UHGV virus genome: UHGV-0017783
Source of the DNA: a virus
Reading direction: 5' to 3' (one strand)
Length of the DNA stretch: 45,985 bases
Below, piece after piece: positions 8,191 through 18,003 of this stretch. Under the pieces are notes generated by a model. The model was not told where the DNA came from. It did not search any database and saw only the letters and a list, made by a program, of their open reading frames with translations. Position numbers and translations under genes: made by a program. How positions within the stretch are numbered: position 1 is the first letter of the stretch; every line of letters begins with the position of its first letter.

Positions 8191-9606
8191 GCGACGGATT
8201 AGCATCCCGCTACCGCGTTGGACGATGTGGTCCCCAAGGCCATAGCGTAAACTATCAATCGCGTGATTGTACTTGTCAACTATATCAGGGAGTATGTTCC
8301 CTGTTAATTTATCCACCTTGTAGCTGTACATTGTCATCTCTTCAATGACGTGCTTGCATCTTGAGTGTACGTAAATCCTGTCGCACCCACGTAACCACGT
8401 AATTCCGTCCTCAATGCTACCCGGCCATTTTGCGCACGGATGAATATCGAATCCAGATCGGCGTATATGGCTTATTGTCTCAGGTCGAGCGCAATCACCA
8501 TACCATCTGTACTTTTCTGAATTTGGGAAGGCCGAGCGCATTGCCTCCGGTGTGTCAGTTATCTCAAGGCCAACCTTTGCAAAGTCGCGGTAGATATATA
8601 AGTTCCTGCGTCCATCACCCAAGTCTTCTACATATGATTCTGTTGCTGCGGTTGCATCCTGAGAAAAACCAAAGTCAATGCCGTAGTAAGGCCCTCCCCA
8701 CTCAGGAGATGGTTCAAAGTCCAGTGTTTGCCATTTCCCACCGAGAACAGCTTCTTCAGACCGCTTGTTGAATAATCCCTCATACACCCAAAGGTAGCGA
8801 TCATAATCCACCGCCCTCATCTGGTTCATGTGCTGTTTAAGTTCTTCCGTGAACCACGGGTTGTGGACGTAGTTAACATTAACAACAACGATGTCATCAT
8901 CCTGATATATGCCATCAACCATCTTGTCGATGTAAGGCTCAACAAAGTTAGTCCACGTTGGGTCCGTCTCTTTGTTCGGGTTAAAAACAATAATAATTTC
9001 AGAACCAGCGGCGCGGACTGTTGGGATCAGCGTATCCCATGAAACCTGACTAATATTCTCGGATTCTTCACAGAATACATCTGTAAGCCCAGCCATACCT
9101 TTGATGGCGGTTATGTTTCGCCAGAGGCCACGAAAAACAAACTTTGATCTCGTTGTGTGGTGTGTTATCTCGCCATCCACGCAACGATATTCCTGAGTGT
9201 GCCCCTTCCTGTTTATCTCATCGACCAGCTCGGCATAGCTTGATTCTTTGATTGAGTTCTGTATCTCGCGGAAGCATCCGACGCGGCTGTTGCGGAATCT
9301 TGCTTTTTCTATCAGATAAGATATACACGTTCGGCTCTTAGAGCTGCCACGCCCCCCATAAAACACTTTAAAACGCCGTGGGTAAAGGATAAGCTCCATC
9401 CGCTCAGGAATTAATATTGTTGGTTCTTCATCAGTTTCAGATACCCCCGTGGCTGTCATCTTAAGGCGCTTTACGACATTGGGAGAACCATCCTGAAGTA
9501 ACTTATCTACAAGCCCAAAAACTGCTGATTCTGGCTTTGCAGTTGAGTTGCCAACTACCTGTTCAAGTTTTTCGATTGCCACACTTGAGAGTCTTTTTCT
9601 AGCCAT
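8182..9606 (-). CDS. terL: terminase large subunit
   Basis: Walker A YGGRGSSKS near N-terminal ATPase domain, C-terminal nuclease-like acidic residues; 474 aa. Confidence 0.8.
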   Translation of the reverse strand: MARKRLSSVAIEKLEQVVGNSTAKPESAVFGLVDKLLQDGSPNVVKRLKMTATGVSETDEEPTILIPERMELILYPRRFKVFYGGRGSSKSRTCISYLIEKARFRNSRVGCFREIQNSIKESSYAELVDEINRKGHTQEYRCVDGEITHHTTRSKFVFRGLWRNITAIKGMAGLTDVFCEESENISQVSWDTLIPTVRAAGSEIIIVFNPNKETDPTWTNFVEPYIDKMVDGIYQDDDIVVVNVNYVHNPWFTEELKQHMNQMRAVDYDRYLWVYEGLFNKRSEEAVLGGKWQTLDFEPSPEWGGPYYGIDFGFSQDATAATESYVEDLGDGRRNLYIYRDFAKVGLEITDTPEAMRSAFPNSEKYRWYGDCARPETISHIRRSGFDIHPCAKWPGSIEDGITWLRGCDRIYVHSRCKHVIEEMTMYSYKVDKLTGNILPDIVDKYNHAIDSLRYGLGDHIVQRGSGMLIRRRR

Positions 9607-10129
9607 GATTACAAAACTCCCCGTGATGTTTCTCTCTTTCTTTCATTATCTTTTTGACTGCATCTTCAATGTTGGCAAACCTACCAAGGTTAACCTCCCT
9701 ACCATTTATATTTAATCTCGCCATCCACTTGCATCTTGATTTATCCCAATACACACCCTTAACTCCTGATGTGTTGTTTGCCTGTAGCTTTTTGTTGTAA
9801 CCATTTTGCTGATGGTCAGCCTCTCGCAGATTAACAAAACGATTATCAAGCGTATTGTTGTTTATGTGGTCTATTTCTTTTTCAGGCCAACTACCAGTCA
9901 TGTAAAGCCAAGCCAGCCTGTGCGATCTATACCACTTTCTTCCAAAATGAATATAGTGATACGGTCGCTTGCTACCAACTGGGCCGCATAATTTTATTGT
10001 TCCTGCTGGCTTCCCGGGTTTGGCCCTTCCCTGCTTGTGTGGGTTTTTCCATGTAAAAATTCCGGTGTCAGGATTGTAATCAAGGATGTGTTTTAATTCT
10101 GCTTGCGTAAGCATATATAGATTCCTCAT
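9599..10129 (-). CDS. HNH endonuclease with AP2-like DNA-binding domain (homing endonuclease)
   Basis: EIDHINNNTLDNRFVNLR..H.QN (HNH_3) followed by TSGVKGVYW...W.A.....G....LGRF (AP2); inserted between terS and terL; paralog of 44800..45312. Confidence 0.7.
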   Translation of the reverse strand: MRNLYMLTQAELKHILDYNPDTGIFTWKNPHKQGRAKPGKPAGTIKLCGPVGSKRPYHYIHFGRKWYRSHRLAWLYMTGSWPEKEIDHINNNTLDNRFVNLREADHQQNGYNKKLQANNTSGVKGVYWDKSRCKWMARLNINGREVNLGRFANIEDAVKKIMKEREKHHGEFCNHG

Positions 10130-10213
10130 CAGGGCATCATTGAAGTGAATGCGGCAGGCGGTGATGAGTCGCTTTTCGGGTGCCCCCTATCCGCATTGAT
10201 TATTATAAATCAG

Positions 10214-10657
10214 TTACTGTTGTTGCTCCAGCAACTTCTCCAGTCGCTCAAGACGCGCTGCGAGTTCGGTTAACTCTTTCACGTCAAGACCAACCTTAAT
10301 CATAGACACAACCTGAGACGCAACATCAATTGGAAGTTCCCCGCTGGAAACGGATTGAATGACGTCCTCTATCTGCTCAACTGGCGTGGCATCTTTGCGG
10401 TATTTAAAATTAACCGGAGGTGCCATGCTTTTTTGCACGGGACTGATGCGCAGAAATATTTCCTTCAGCATTTGCACGCCCTGAGTAGGATTTTCCTCAG
10501 TCATCCTGATTGACGTCCTGATGAATGCGTCAAGGAACTCCTCTTCTCCAAGCCCGCAACGCTTTAATGCCTCAATAAGCCTGTTTCTGTAGCTTAATCC
10601 TCTGCCAGCAGGCTGGTACTCAGAGGAAAATTTCATAACAGGGTTTGGATTAGCCAT
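10214..10657 (-). CDS. putative terminase small subunit
   Basis: 147-aa protein with C-terminal coiled coil, directly upstream of terL (separated by HNH insert), first late gene after a terminator. Confidence 0.4.
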   Translation of the reverse strand: MANPNPVMKFSSEYQPAGRGLSYRNRLIEALKRCGLGEEEFLDAFIRTSIRMTEENPTQGVQMLKEIFLRISPVQKSMAPPVNFKYRKDATPVEQIEDVIQSVSSGELPIDVASQVVSMIKVGLDVKELTELAARLERLEKLLEQQQ

Positions 10658-10702
10658 TCTGTTTTCGTCTTTTCGTATTTCGATATCGTTAGTTTAACAC
10701 AG

Positions 10703-10732
10703 ATAAAAAAGAACCCGCACAAGGCGGGTTAA
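10703..10732 (-). terminator. rho-independent terminator (minus strand) separating early-right genes from terminase
   Basis: plus-strand aaaaaag-aacccgcacaaggcgggtt; minus strand reads hairpin then TTTTTT. Confidence 0.55.
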
Positions 10733-11207
10733 AGTTTGGGTGATGATATGAGTGAAAGCAATGGTGGTTATGCGCTTATTGTACACCATGATTATCACGC
10801 TTGCCAGCATAGCACCATGCGTTTTCATTACGTGTCTGCACATGAACGATTTCAATCGCATCAGGGAATGTTTTGGAAACCTTCGCGATGAAGTCGTCCA
10901 GTTCGTACTGCTTTGCGAGTTGCCAGACTTTTTGCTTAGTTGTTTGCATTAGCAAAAGCCCTCGTTGAGCACATGCACTTAATGTCATGCATACCATTGT
11001 CAGGCACAACCTCAATGCGATTGCCGAGCTGCACCATCATGTAATGACAGGTCATCATACCGTCCCAGTAGCGTTGCCACATGTTATGCATTGCTTCGTT
11101 GATATCGTCAAACATAATGCACAACCCCTGCAATAGCCGCCACCAGAGCCAGAGCATAAACAGCAAGGAAGATTTTAGCGCCAGTGGTGTATCGGCGTCG
11201 TTGGTGC

Positions 11208-11594
11208 TTAGTAATCATCGCTATCATCCTCATCATTGTATTCGATGAACTTTCCAAGGCGCTGCAATTCTGCACCAGCCATGAAGTAACCAAGTGCTTC
11301 AGCTCTCTCTGAATCACTATTAAATCCAGAAAGCGGATAACGTTCATAGAATTTGTTAATCAAAAACGCTTGGTTGAATTTTGTTGCGTCATACTCTTCG
11401 TCGTCACTCTCACGCCCTAGGCATGAAAGAGATGCAACTGCATGAACTATGAATCCATCACGATTAATTAAACCCTTAAACGTTTCAAGGTCTTCTTGTG
11501 TTTTGATTCTAAAATTTAGTTGAGCAATACCCGACATTGAAGCTACACCACCTCTTGTTAAAGCGTGGTAATGGTAAATATATCTGTTACTCAT
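11208..11594 (-). CDS. hypothetical early protein with acidic C-terminal tail (..YNDEDDSDDY)
   Basis: ORF in early-right operon; start probably MSNRYIYHYH. Confidence 0.4.
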   Translation of the reverse strand: MSNRYIYHYHALTRGGVASMSGIAQLNFRIKTQEDLETFKGLINRDGFIVHAVASLSCLGRESDDEEYDATKFNQAFLINKFYERYPLSGFNSDSERAEALGYFMAGAELQRLGKFIEYNDEDDSDDY

Positions 11595-11657
11595 GCATAC
11601 ATCTCCCACAAGGCGTGCGCCACATAGAGCGCACTGATAATTAAGATGAACGGGTAG

Positions 11658-11960
11658 CTATTCACTTTTAGCCAGGCTTTCGAATTGCTGAGCGGAGGTG
11701 TCAAACTGGACCAGACTGACAACATCGTCAAACATGACAAATTCTCCTTCATGGTCTTCACTCATGTCAGCACCGCAATCCTGACCGCATGAGTAACAAC
11801 CATCCATATCAAGCTCGTATCGCTTCAGATTTTCGATATTTGATAAATTCAGCGCAAGTACAGCTAGGGCATAAACCTCGTCAGCGGTATACACTGCACC
11901 ATGACCATACATTTCGATGCGCGATATGATTTCTTCTACACGTCGTTTTGTGATTGTCAT
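11658..11960 (-). CDS. hypothetical early protein (100 aa, acidic, Cys-containing)
   Basis: ORF in early-right operon, start overlaps upstream gene stop. Confidence 0.4.
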   Translation of the reverse strand: MTITKRRVEEIISRIEMYGHGAVYTADEVYALAVLALNLSNIENLKRYELDMDGCYSCGQDCGADMSEDHEGEFVMFDDVVSLVQFDTSAQQFESLAKSE

Positions 11961-12316
11961 TTTTGCTCACCTCCTTTGCGAAGCTGTGCGGCGAATTTCT
12001 GCGCCTCTTTCTGGATGAATAGCTTTTCGCTGAAGTTATGGTACTGACCGAACATCTCCACGCCGCTGGCTAGTACTTCGGCCAGGAAAGCATCGGTGGC
12101 TGGAGTTTCTTTATCGCATATGAAATCAAGCGCGTCGTCACCATCAAGATTACAAAACTCCCACGCTGACGAATAGAACTCGATGCCAGGCCATGCCAAG
12201 AGTCTATTCATTTTGTCATTTAGTGTCGCATTCTCCGCTGCCAGCGACGCGCATTTAGCTTGCAGCTCCTCGTAGTCACGGTGCCTTACATAAATACCAT
12301 CAGCCGAAAGTTCCAT
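11957..12316 (-). CDS. hypothetical early protein (119 aa)
   Basis: ORF in early-right operon. Confidence 0.4.
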   Translation of the reverse strand: MELSADGIYVRHRDYEELQAKCASLAAENATLNDKMNRLLAWPGIEFYSSAWEFCNLDGDDALDFICDKETPATDAFLAEVLASGVEMFGQYHNFSEKLFIQKEAQKFAAQLRKGGEQK

Positions 12317-12381
12317 TCCGGCCTCGTTAAGGTTGCAATTTCAATCCATGTCACCAACAAGGTCATAACGCTTAACTTCAC

Positions 12382-12615
12382 TCATACCCTAATCCCCATA
12401 ATTTCTTCGTAATAACCATCTTCTTCAAACTCAATCTTTGCGATTTTGAGCGCATCATCATCTGTGATGTCAATCGCTTTGAATTTGCACTTTGCCAGCA
12501 CAATGCATCCGGACATGATTAACCACTTATTCCACCAGCGCACTCGCTTGATTGTCCTGATTGCATACATTTTGTTCCCCGTAAACCAGAACTCGTATGT
12601 TTTCACTTTTGTCAT
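12382..12615 (-). CDS. hypothetical early protein (77 aa)
   Basis: ORF in early-right operon. Confidence 0.35.
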   Translation of the reverse strand: MTKVKTYEFWFTGNKMYAIRTIKRVRWWNKWLIMSGCIVLAKCKFKAIDITDDDALKIAKIEFEEDGYYEEIMGIRV

Positions 12616-12652
12616 ATCACCACCATTAAAAAATAAGAGCGCTGAATCGAGG

Positions 12653-12835
12653 TCAAAACACGATAATCAGCTCATCCATTACTCTTCGCTTGCCTTCACC
12701 ATTAAACACACGCACAACGCGATTTACGCGGATAGATTCCATTGCATTGCGTGCCTGCTTGCTCATAAAGTTCTGCGCGCCAACGTGACCGAGTTCCGGC
12801 TCCAGTTTTTCGCGACGATAGATAGTCTTTGCCAT
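12653..12835 (-). CDS. hypothetical early protein (60 aa, basic)
   Basis: ORF in early-right operon. Confidence 0.3.
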   Translation of the reverse strand: MAKTIYRREKLEPELGHVGAQNFMSKQARNAMESIRVNRVVRVFNGEGKRRVMDELIIVF

Positions 12836-13192
12836 TTGTTAAACCTCATAAGAACCAATGATTGCCTTAATTCTACGGCGATACCACTGCATGATGTGTT
12901 CGTTATGCCAGTTGCTCATTTTGTTACTCCTTATATCCTGATTTAGAAACTGCCACTGTGATAATGATGAACGCCATGATAACCATACTGGCGATAAGTT
13001 CGAATGCTGCGCCTGTCATTTACTCAACCCATACGCTGAGATTAAAGCCTGCATTGCTGCGTTCCAGAATGCTTCGGAAGGAATGCTGTTGTTTGTGCGT
13101 TCAACTGCAATGCGCGCCATAGCCTGTGCATCTTCAAATTCTTCACGGTTTTTGATTTTCATATCTTCACCCTCGTTTGCTCCGATGAGTTC

Positions 13193-13221
13193 AATCTACA
13201 TCAGTTGTAATTCTACGTCAA
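13193..13221 (-). promoter_or_regulatory. early-right promoter TTGACG-17-TAGATT (minus strand)
   Basis: reverse complement of cgtcaa (13216-13221) and aatcta (13193-13198), 17-nt spacer; same 13-mer family. Confidence 0.55.
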
Positions 13222-13439
13222 CACACAGAGAAAGAAAAAGCACGGCTAAATGTTAGTGTGCGCTAGCTAACATATATAGTTACATACATTACTAATAGTA
13301 ACCTTTGTTTATTAACTCCATAAAGTATATTAAGATCTTCTTTATATTTATTATATATATCAATACCTTGCGCTACAGGAACACGAAAACCAGCAATTAA
13401 GCTGGTTGATTTGTTAATGAATTTCGTTAATTTTGAATC

Positions 13440-13700
13440 CCAAGTTATCGGGAAGCCAAATTCCTTTTGTTTTCAGTATTTTCCGTTCGCTTCCCAGCTT
13501 CCCGAAAAATACCCACCATTTTTTTATGATGAGCTTTTGTTTATCCATTTTTTTTTGCTCGGGAAGCGAACACATAAACTATTGATTTTACTTTCTATTG
13601 GCTTCCCGAGAATTTTTCTCATTTACCTGTATACTATTGAAAGATAAAGGAAAAATTAAGCTCTGAAATATTAATACGCTTTTTCGGGGAGCGTGTCAAC
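13440..13700. promoter_or_regulatory. iteron-like repeat array (TCGGGAAGC x5, alternating orientation) in AT-rich intergenic region; candidate origin/operator
   Basis: tcgggaagc at 13448; gcttcccagcttcccga 13487-13503; ctcgggaagcg 13559; gcttcccgag 13601; degenerate tcggggagc 13684; flanked by long A/T tracts; lies between divergent early operons and upstream of primase. Confidence 0.5.
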
Positions 13701-13815
13701 TCAGGAAGCAAAGTATGTAGGTTGCTATTAAGTGTTGCTTCTCTTACTTGCTGAATTATAGAAAAGTTGATATATTAAATTGAGTTTACTGTTGATTGAT
13801 TGTCTGGAGGTTGTC

Positions 13816-14031
13816 ATGTACAGGTTTGGTAGCGCAATGGCTGAAGTGTATGAGTTTGTTAGCGGGATGTCGATTGGAGAGGTGCGATTTTTTGTGGTAG
13901 ATGATTTCCGTGCCAATAACAGTATTGAAAAATTCAGGGCGATCCTGTGCTGTGTTGCGAAAGATAATTCGTGGCTTTTTGTAACCAGAAAGATGGAAGA
14001 AGGCGAAGTGTCTGTTCGGAGAATTAAATGA
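13816..14031 (+). CDS. hypothetical protein (71 aa) upstream of primase
   Basis: ATG with GGAGG SD 6 nt upstream; stop overlaps primase start. Confidence 0.4.
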   Translation: MYRFGSAMAEVYEFVSGMSIGEVRFFVVDDFRANNSIEKFRAILCCVAKDNSWLFVTRKMEEGEVSVRRIK

Positions 14032-16361
14032 TGATTGGTTATGAAGATTACCGCAAATGTGGCTTCCCTATTATTGGAATCCATGCAATGGATATCGACC
14101 GCAATTGCACATGCGGTGATCCAGAGTGTAATGCTGCCGGTAAGCATCCGGTTATGAGCAACTGGCAGCTTGGAGTTATATGGGCTGATGACCAGATTGA
14201 AAATATGGCTGAATATGGTCAACTGCAGTCATTCGGTGTCCTTGTGAATGGTTATCTGGTCGTTGATATTGATCCACGCAACGGAGGTAATGATGGATAT
14301 GAATCGCTTTGTGATGCCTTAGACGTAGAGCTTGCTGACGAAGCTGGTTTTACGGTCAAGACTGGCGGCGGCGGTCGCCACATCTATTACAAACTTCCTG
14401 AAGGAATAAAGCTGCGCTCTCATGACAGAAGGTTTAAGGGTATTGACTTTAAATCCTCTGGTTTTGTTGTTGGCTGCGGCTCATTCCATAAGTCAGGTAA
14501 CTTTTATGAAGCTGAGCATGGCTCTCCTTCAGAGATAACTGAATGCCCTTCTGAACTTATTGAGCTTTTGTTGCGTCCTGAGAGAACGGAAGACGAGGTT
14601 TTCACGCTTGATAGTAAAAATTACAGTATTGCCGAAATGGAGGATATGCTCAAATACATCAAAGATGGTGATGAGTATGACCCATGGCTTCATGTAGGCA
14701 TGGCTATCCACGAAGCTACAGAAGGCAATGGTTTTGAGCTTTGGGATAGGTGGTCATCGCAGTTCAGCAAGTACAGAGCTGAAGAGATGGACGCAAAATG
14801 GCATTCCTTTGGAAAGGACGGCGTTAGCGAAAAGATAACCGAAGCAACGCTGGTTTATCTCGCGCAAGAGGGAGGGTGGGTAAGGCAAGTAACTTTTGAG
14901 GCTACTCCAGAGGAAATTGAGAAACTTGAGTCTTTCGAGCGAGAGATGGCAATGGGTGTTGGTGAATGCCCTGTAGAGTACAAAAGTGTTGATGTCCGTT
15001 ATCCTCCTGGATTTGTTGGTCGCCTTACGGCGTGGATTAATAAGAACTGTGCAGAGAAGCGAGAGAATATTGCAGCACTTGCTGCATTGCACGCAGCATC
15101 CATGATTTGTGGGGCGTCATCTGATATTTATCTTACAAACAGGAAAGCCTTACCAAACCTGTTTACTGTTGGTATCGCTGGTTCAGGTTCTGGTAAGGGT
15201 GATGTTCTTGCTGCGCTACAAAAGATAATTGATTGCTCAGGATTGAGTAAGACTGTAGCCGGCAAGATACGTTCAGAGCGTGCGATATATGAAGGTCTTT
15301 GCGCTAACCAGATGTTTAATATCATCATGGATGAGATTGGGATAAAACTTGGGAGTGTTGTTGGTCAGAAAGTAAGCGAGTACAACATGGCAACCGCTGG
15401 TGCGATCATGGAGGCTTACACGTCAGAAGTTCTTTATTGTGACCAGCGGGTTACTGAGGATTTCATTAAGTCTTTCGAAAAGAGAAAGGCTATGTTGTTG
15501 ATGGCTATTGAGGAAAATGAAATACAGGCAGACCCCGTAGACATTAAGTGTCAGTTTGATGATGTGATAAACAGAATTGACGGAGCTATAAGGAATCCAT
15601 TTTTTTCAATCTTTGGTGTGTCTACTGATGATCAGTTTAAGCGCCTTATTACTGAAGAAAACATTAAGTCAGGTCTTATGGGTCGCGCAATGATTATGCA
15701 GGAGTTACAGGAGATTGCTGACGAAAACGAAAACGTTAACTACTGTGATCTACCTATGGATATGCAACTGACCATAAAAACAATAATAAATGGCGGAACG
15801 GCTGGGCACAAAAACTGGACAGACTCAATAATCAGTCAAAAAGAAAGACGGATTATAAAAGCTACGCCTGAAGTTTCTCAGCTCGCTAAGGAGTTCTTCT
15901 CATGGATTAAAACCGTTGCAAGAAAGCATGTAGAAAATGGTACTGGTTATCACCCATTGATAAACAGATGCGCCGTGAAGGTGGCAAAGATTGCTGGCAT
16001 TCTCGCGTGCGATACTGGCGTCATAACCATGGAGCACTTGAGGTATGCGGTAGCATTAACAATTAAATCAACAAGCGATCTGATGATGCGTGCTGACAGT
16101 ATCGCCGGAGCGAAGTCTAAAGCTATGGAAGAACGAATTGAAGGTATTTTCTCAATGGTTAAAGAATATGTGAAGCGAGGAATGACCAAAACAGCAATGG
16201 TTAGGGGGGTGGCAAAAGAAGGTGGTTATAAACGTGCTGATGTCGAGAGGTGCGTAGAGAAGTTGTTATCAGATGGTATTATTTGCATTGATGAAAATGC
16301 AAAAAGAACATCTCACAACGTAATAATTTACAAATTAACAAATGATGAGGTTGAGATATGA
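14028..16361 (+). CDS. DNA primase/polymerase (Prim-Pol N-terminal domain) fused to DUF3987/D5-like helicase-type ATPase region
   Basis: N-terminal bifunctional primase-polymerase-like domain with Zn-binding Cys cluster (CTCGDPECNAAGKHP), central P-loop-like GIAGSGSGKG; 777 aa. Confidence 0.65.
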   Translation: MMIGYEDYRKCGFPIIGIHAMDIDRNCTCGDPECNAAGKHPVMSNWQLGVIWADDQIENMAEYGQLQSFGVLVNGYLVVDIDPRNGGNDGYESLCDALDVELADEAGFTVKTGGGGRHIYYKLPEGIKLRSHDRRFKGIDFKSSGFVVGCGSFHKSGNFYEAEHGSPSEITECPSELIELLLRPERTEDEVFTLDSKNYSIAEMEDMLKYIKDGDEYDPWLHVGMAIHEATEGNGFELWDRWSSQFSKYRAEEMDAKWHSFGKDGVSEKITEATLVYLAQEGGWVRQVTFEATPEEIEKLESFEREMAMGVGECPVEYKSVDVRYPPGFVGRLTAWINKNCAEKRENIAALAALHAASMICGASSDIYLTNRKALPNLFTVGIAGSGSGKGDVLAALQKIIDCSGLSKTVAGKIRSERAIYEGLCANQMFNIIMDEIGIKLGSVVGQKVSEYNMATAGAIMEAYTSEVLYCDQRVTEDFIKSFEKRKAMLLMAIEENEIQADPVDIKCQFDDVINRIDGAIRNPFFSIFGVSTDDQFKRLITEENIKSGLMGRAMIMQELQEIADENENVNYCDLPMDMQLTIKTIINGGTAGHKNWTDSIISQKERRIIKATPEVSQLAKEFFSWIKTVARKHVENGTGYHPLINRCAVKVAKIAGILACDTGVITMEHLRYAVALTIKSTSDLMMRADSIAGAKSKAMEERIEGIFSMVKEYVKRGMTKTAMVRGVAKEGGYKRADVERCVEKLLSDGIICIDENAKRTSHNVIIYKLTNDEVEI

Positions 16362-16753
16362 TCAATTACAAGTATCTGGTGATGAGAGGTTTGTATGACT
16401 ATTTTGAGTCAGAAAATCCTGAGCGCGCACATGATAACGCAATATCCATGATGACAGGAAAGCACCTGATGGAAGTTTACTACTGGAAAATGCCTGTATT
16501 TCGCTGCAATATGGGTATCTGCATTGATGATGACGTACTGTTTTGTCGAATACAATATGAAAACAATGTAGGTATAGTGACAGCATCGTACAGGGATGTT
16601 GCAAGAAAATCAGGGAACTGGCATCCAAGCGAAGTATTTGCTGGTGACGCACTGTTTAATTTCTGCAAGGCGTTTGGCGTTCCGTACGAGGAAGTAAGCA
16701 AAGAATATGGCGGAAGGCGCGAGAAAGATAGCTTAAGCTCAAAAGGAATTTAA
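16358..16753 (+). CDS. hypothetical protein (131 aa)
   Basis: ORF overlapping primase stop (ATGA), followed by terminator. Confidence 0.4.
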   Translation: MINYKYLVMRGLYDYFESENPERAHDNAISMMTGKHLMEVYYWKMPVFRCNMGICIDDDVLFCRIQYENNVGIVTASYRDVARKSGNWHPSEVFAGDALFNFCKAFGVPYEEVSKEYGGRREKDSLSSKGI

Positions 16754-16771
16754 CAAAAGCCAGCAAACATA

Positions 16772-16804
16772 ACAAAAAGCCCGCAAACGCGGGCTTTTTT
16801 ATTT
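16772..16804. terminator. bidirectional rho-independent terminator
   Basis: aaaaagcccgcaaacgcgggcttttttatt. Confidence 0.65.
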
Positions 16805-17041
16805 AACAATCCATTTTGTAACAGCTGGCCTTAAATCTTCCTTTCTGAAAACTCCACCAGTAAGCGCCTCGGCATCAATTGCTGCTGTAGCACTAATTCT
16901 TCCTCTTGACACCCACTGATTAACAGCCTGTTTTGACACACCAAGAAACCTTGCCAGTTGTGATTGCCCTCCAACATAATCAATCAGCTCTGACAGCTTA
17001 TTTTGTTCCATTTCTCTTATTTGTTCTGCGATGCTTTTCAT
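16799..17041 (-). CDS. Cro/C1-type helix-turn-helix DNA-binding protein
   Basis: GQSQLARFLGVSKQAVNQWVSRGRI HTH; likely start MKSIAEQ with AGAGG SD (ORF-track start is TTG upstream). Confidence 0.55.
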   Translation of the reverse strand: MKSIAEQIREMEQNKLSELIDYVGGQSQLARFLGVSKQAVNQWVSRGRISATAAIDAEALTGGVFRKEDLRPAVTKWIVK

Positions 17042-17175
17042 GTATTTACCTCTGCTATCTGTATGCAGCAATAATGAACTCAAAAAAAATTTTCGTCAAG
17101 CTATTGCGTTTACCATCATGTTGACGTATCTTTAAGTCACACCAGCGATATGCTGAGTTAAATCGAGAGGACACT

Positions 17176-18003
17176 ATGAGCTTATCAATGATTCAAAAAC
17201 CAAAACCAGCAGCACCAATCATAACATTGGTTGGCACTCCCGGGGTGGGTAAGACAACTCTTGCGGCGCTATTCCCAAATCCAGTGTTTATTCAGGCAGA
17301 AGAGATCACCGGTGTTTTTGATGACTGGGATGATGAAAAGAAACCAGATTCATTTCCTGTACTGAAGCGAGCTGATGCTAAACGCAAAACAAGCACAAAG
17401 GATGATTTGCTGTCACAGCTACGCGCATTAATTACTGAGGAACATAATTACAAAACGCTTGTGATTGATTCAATCACAAGCCTGCATTCAATGTTTGAGC
17501 ATGAGGTTTGTGAAAACTACGGTGTTGACAACGTTGGTTCTGCTGCTGGTGGTTACAACAAAGGATATATTGTTGTTTCTGAAATGCACGCTGAAATAAT
17601 AAATGCATGTAAGTATCTTCGCAAAGAAAAAGGGATGAGCATTATTTATCTTGCACACGCAGGTGTTAAAAAGATGAAGAATCGCCCTGATGCTGATGAA
17701 TACACTGTTTACACACTTGACATGCATGATGCTTCTGTTTCTGGTTATGTGAATCTTAGTGATGCTGTTATTTACATCAGAAATGAGGAGTTTGTGAAAG
17801 GTACTGAGACTGATAAAAAGGGTCAGGTAACTAAGTTTGGTAAGGTCGTCCAGACCGGTCAGCGAGTTCTTATCACATCTGGTGACGGTCGAGTTGGGTA
17901 TGTTAATGCAAAAAACAGATACAACCTTGAGCCTGAAATTCCTTTTGAAAAGGGTGAGAATCCACTTTTGAGTGAGATTAAGTATTATGCGAATCAAAAC
18001 TGA
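17176..18003 (+). CDS. Sak4-like AAA ATPase (RecA-fold recombination mediator)
   Basis: Walker A GTPGVGKTT, Walker B-like VIDSITSL; co-located with Gp157 and SSB. Confidence 0.7.
   Translation: MSLSMIQKPKPAAPIITLVGTPGVGKTTLAALFPNPVFIQAEEITGVFDDWDDEKKPDSFPVLKRADAKRKTSTKDDLLSQLRALITEEHNYKTLVIDSITSLHSMFEHEVCENYGVDNVGSAAGGYNKGYIVVSEMHAEIINACKYLRKEKGMSIIYLAHAGVKKMKNRPDADEYTVYTLDMHDASVSGYVNLSDAVIYIRNEEFVKGTETDKKGQVTKFGKVVQTGQRVLITSGDGRVGYVNAKNRYNLEPEIPFEKGENPLLSEIKYYANQN

Noticed and set aside
8430-9042. Plus-strand ORFs (8430..8771, 8830..9042) within terL
   Set aside because: Antisense to a strong terminase gene; no support.
13411-13647. 78-aa plus ORF in the iteron region
   Set aside because: Overlaps the repeat/A-tract array, no RBS, low-complexity Phe/Leu translation of T-runs.
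17488-17997. 169-aa minus-strand ORF overlapping sak4
   Set aside because: Completely antisense to a well-supported ATPase gene; AT-rich artefact.
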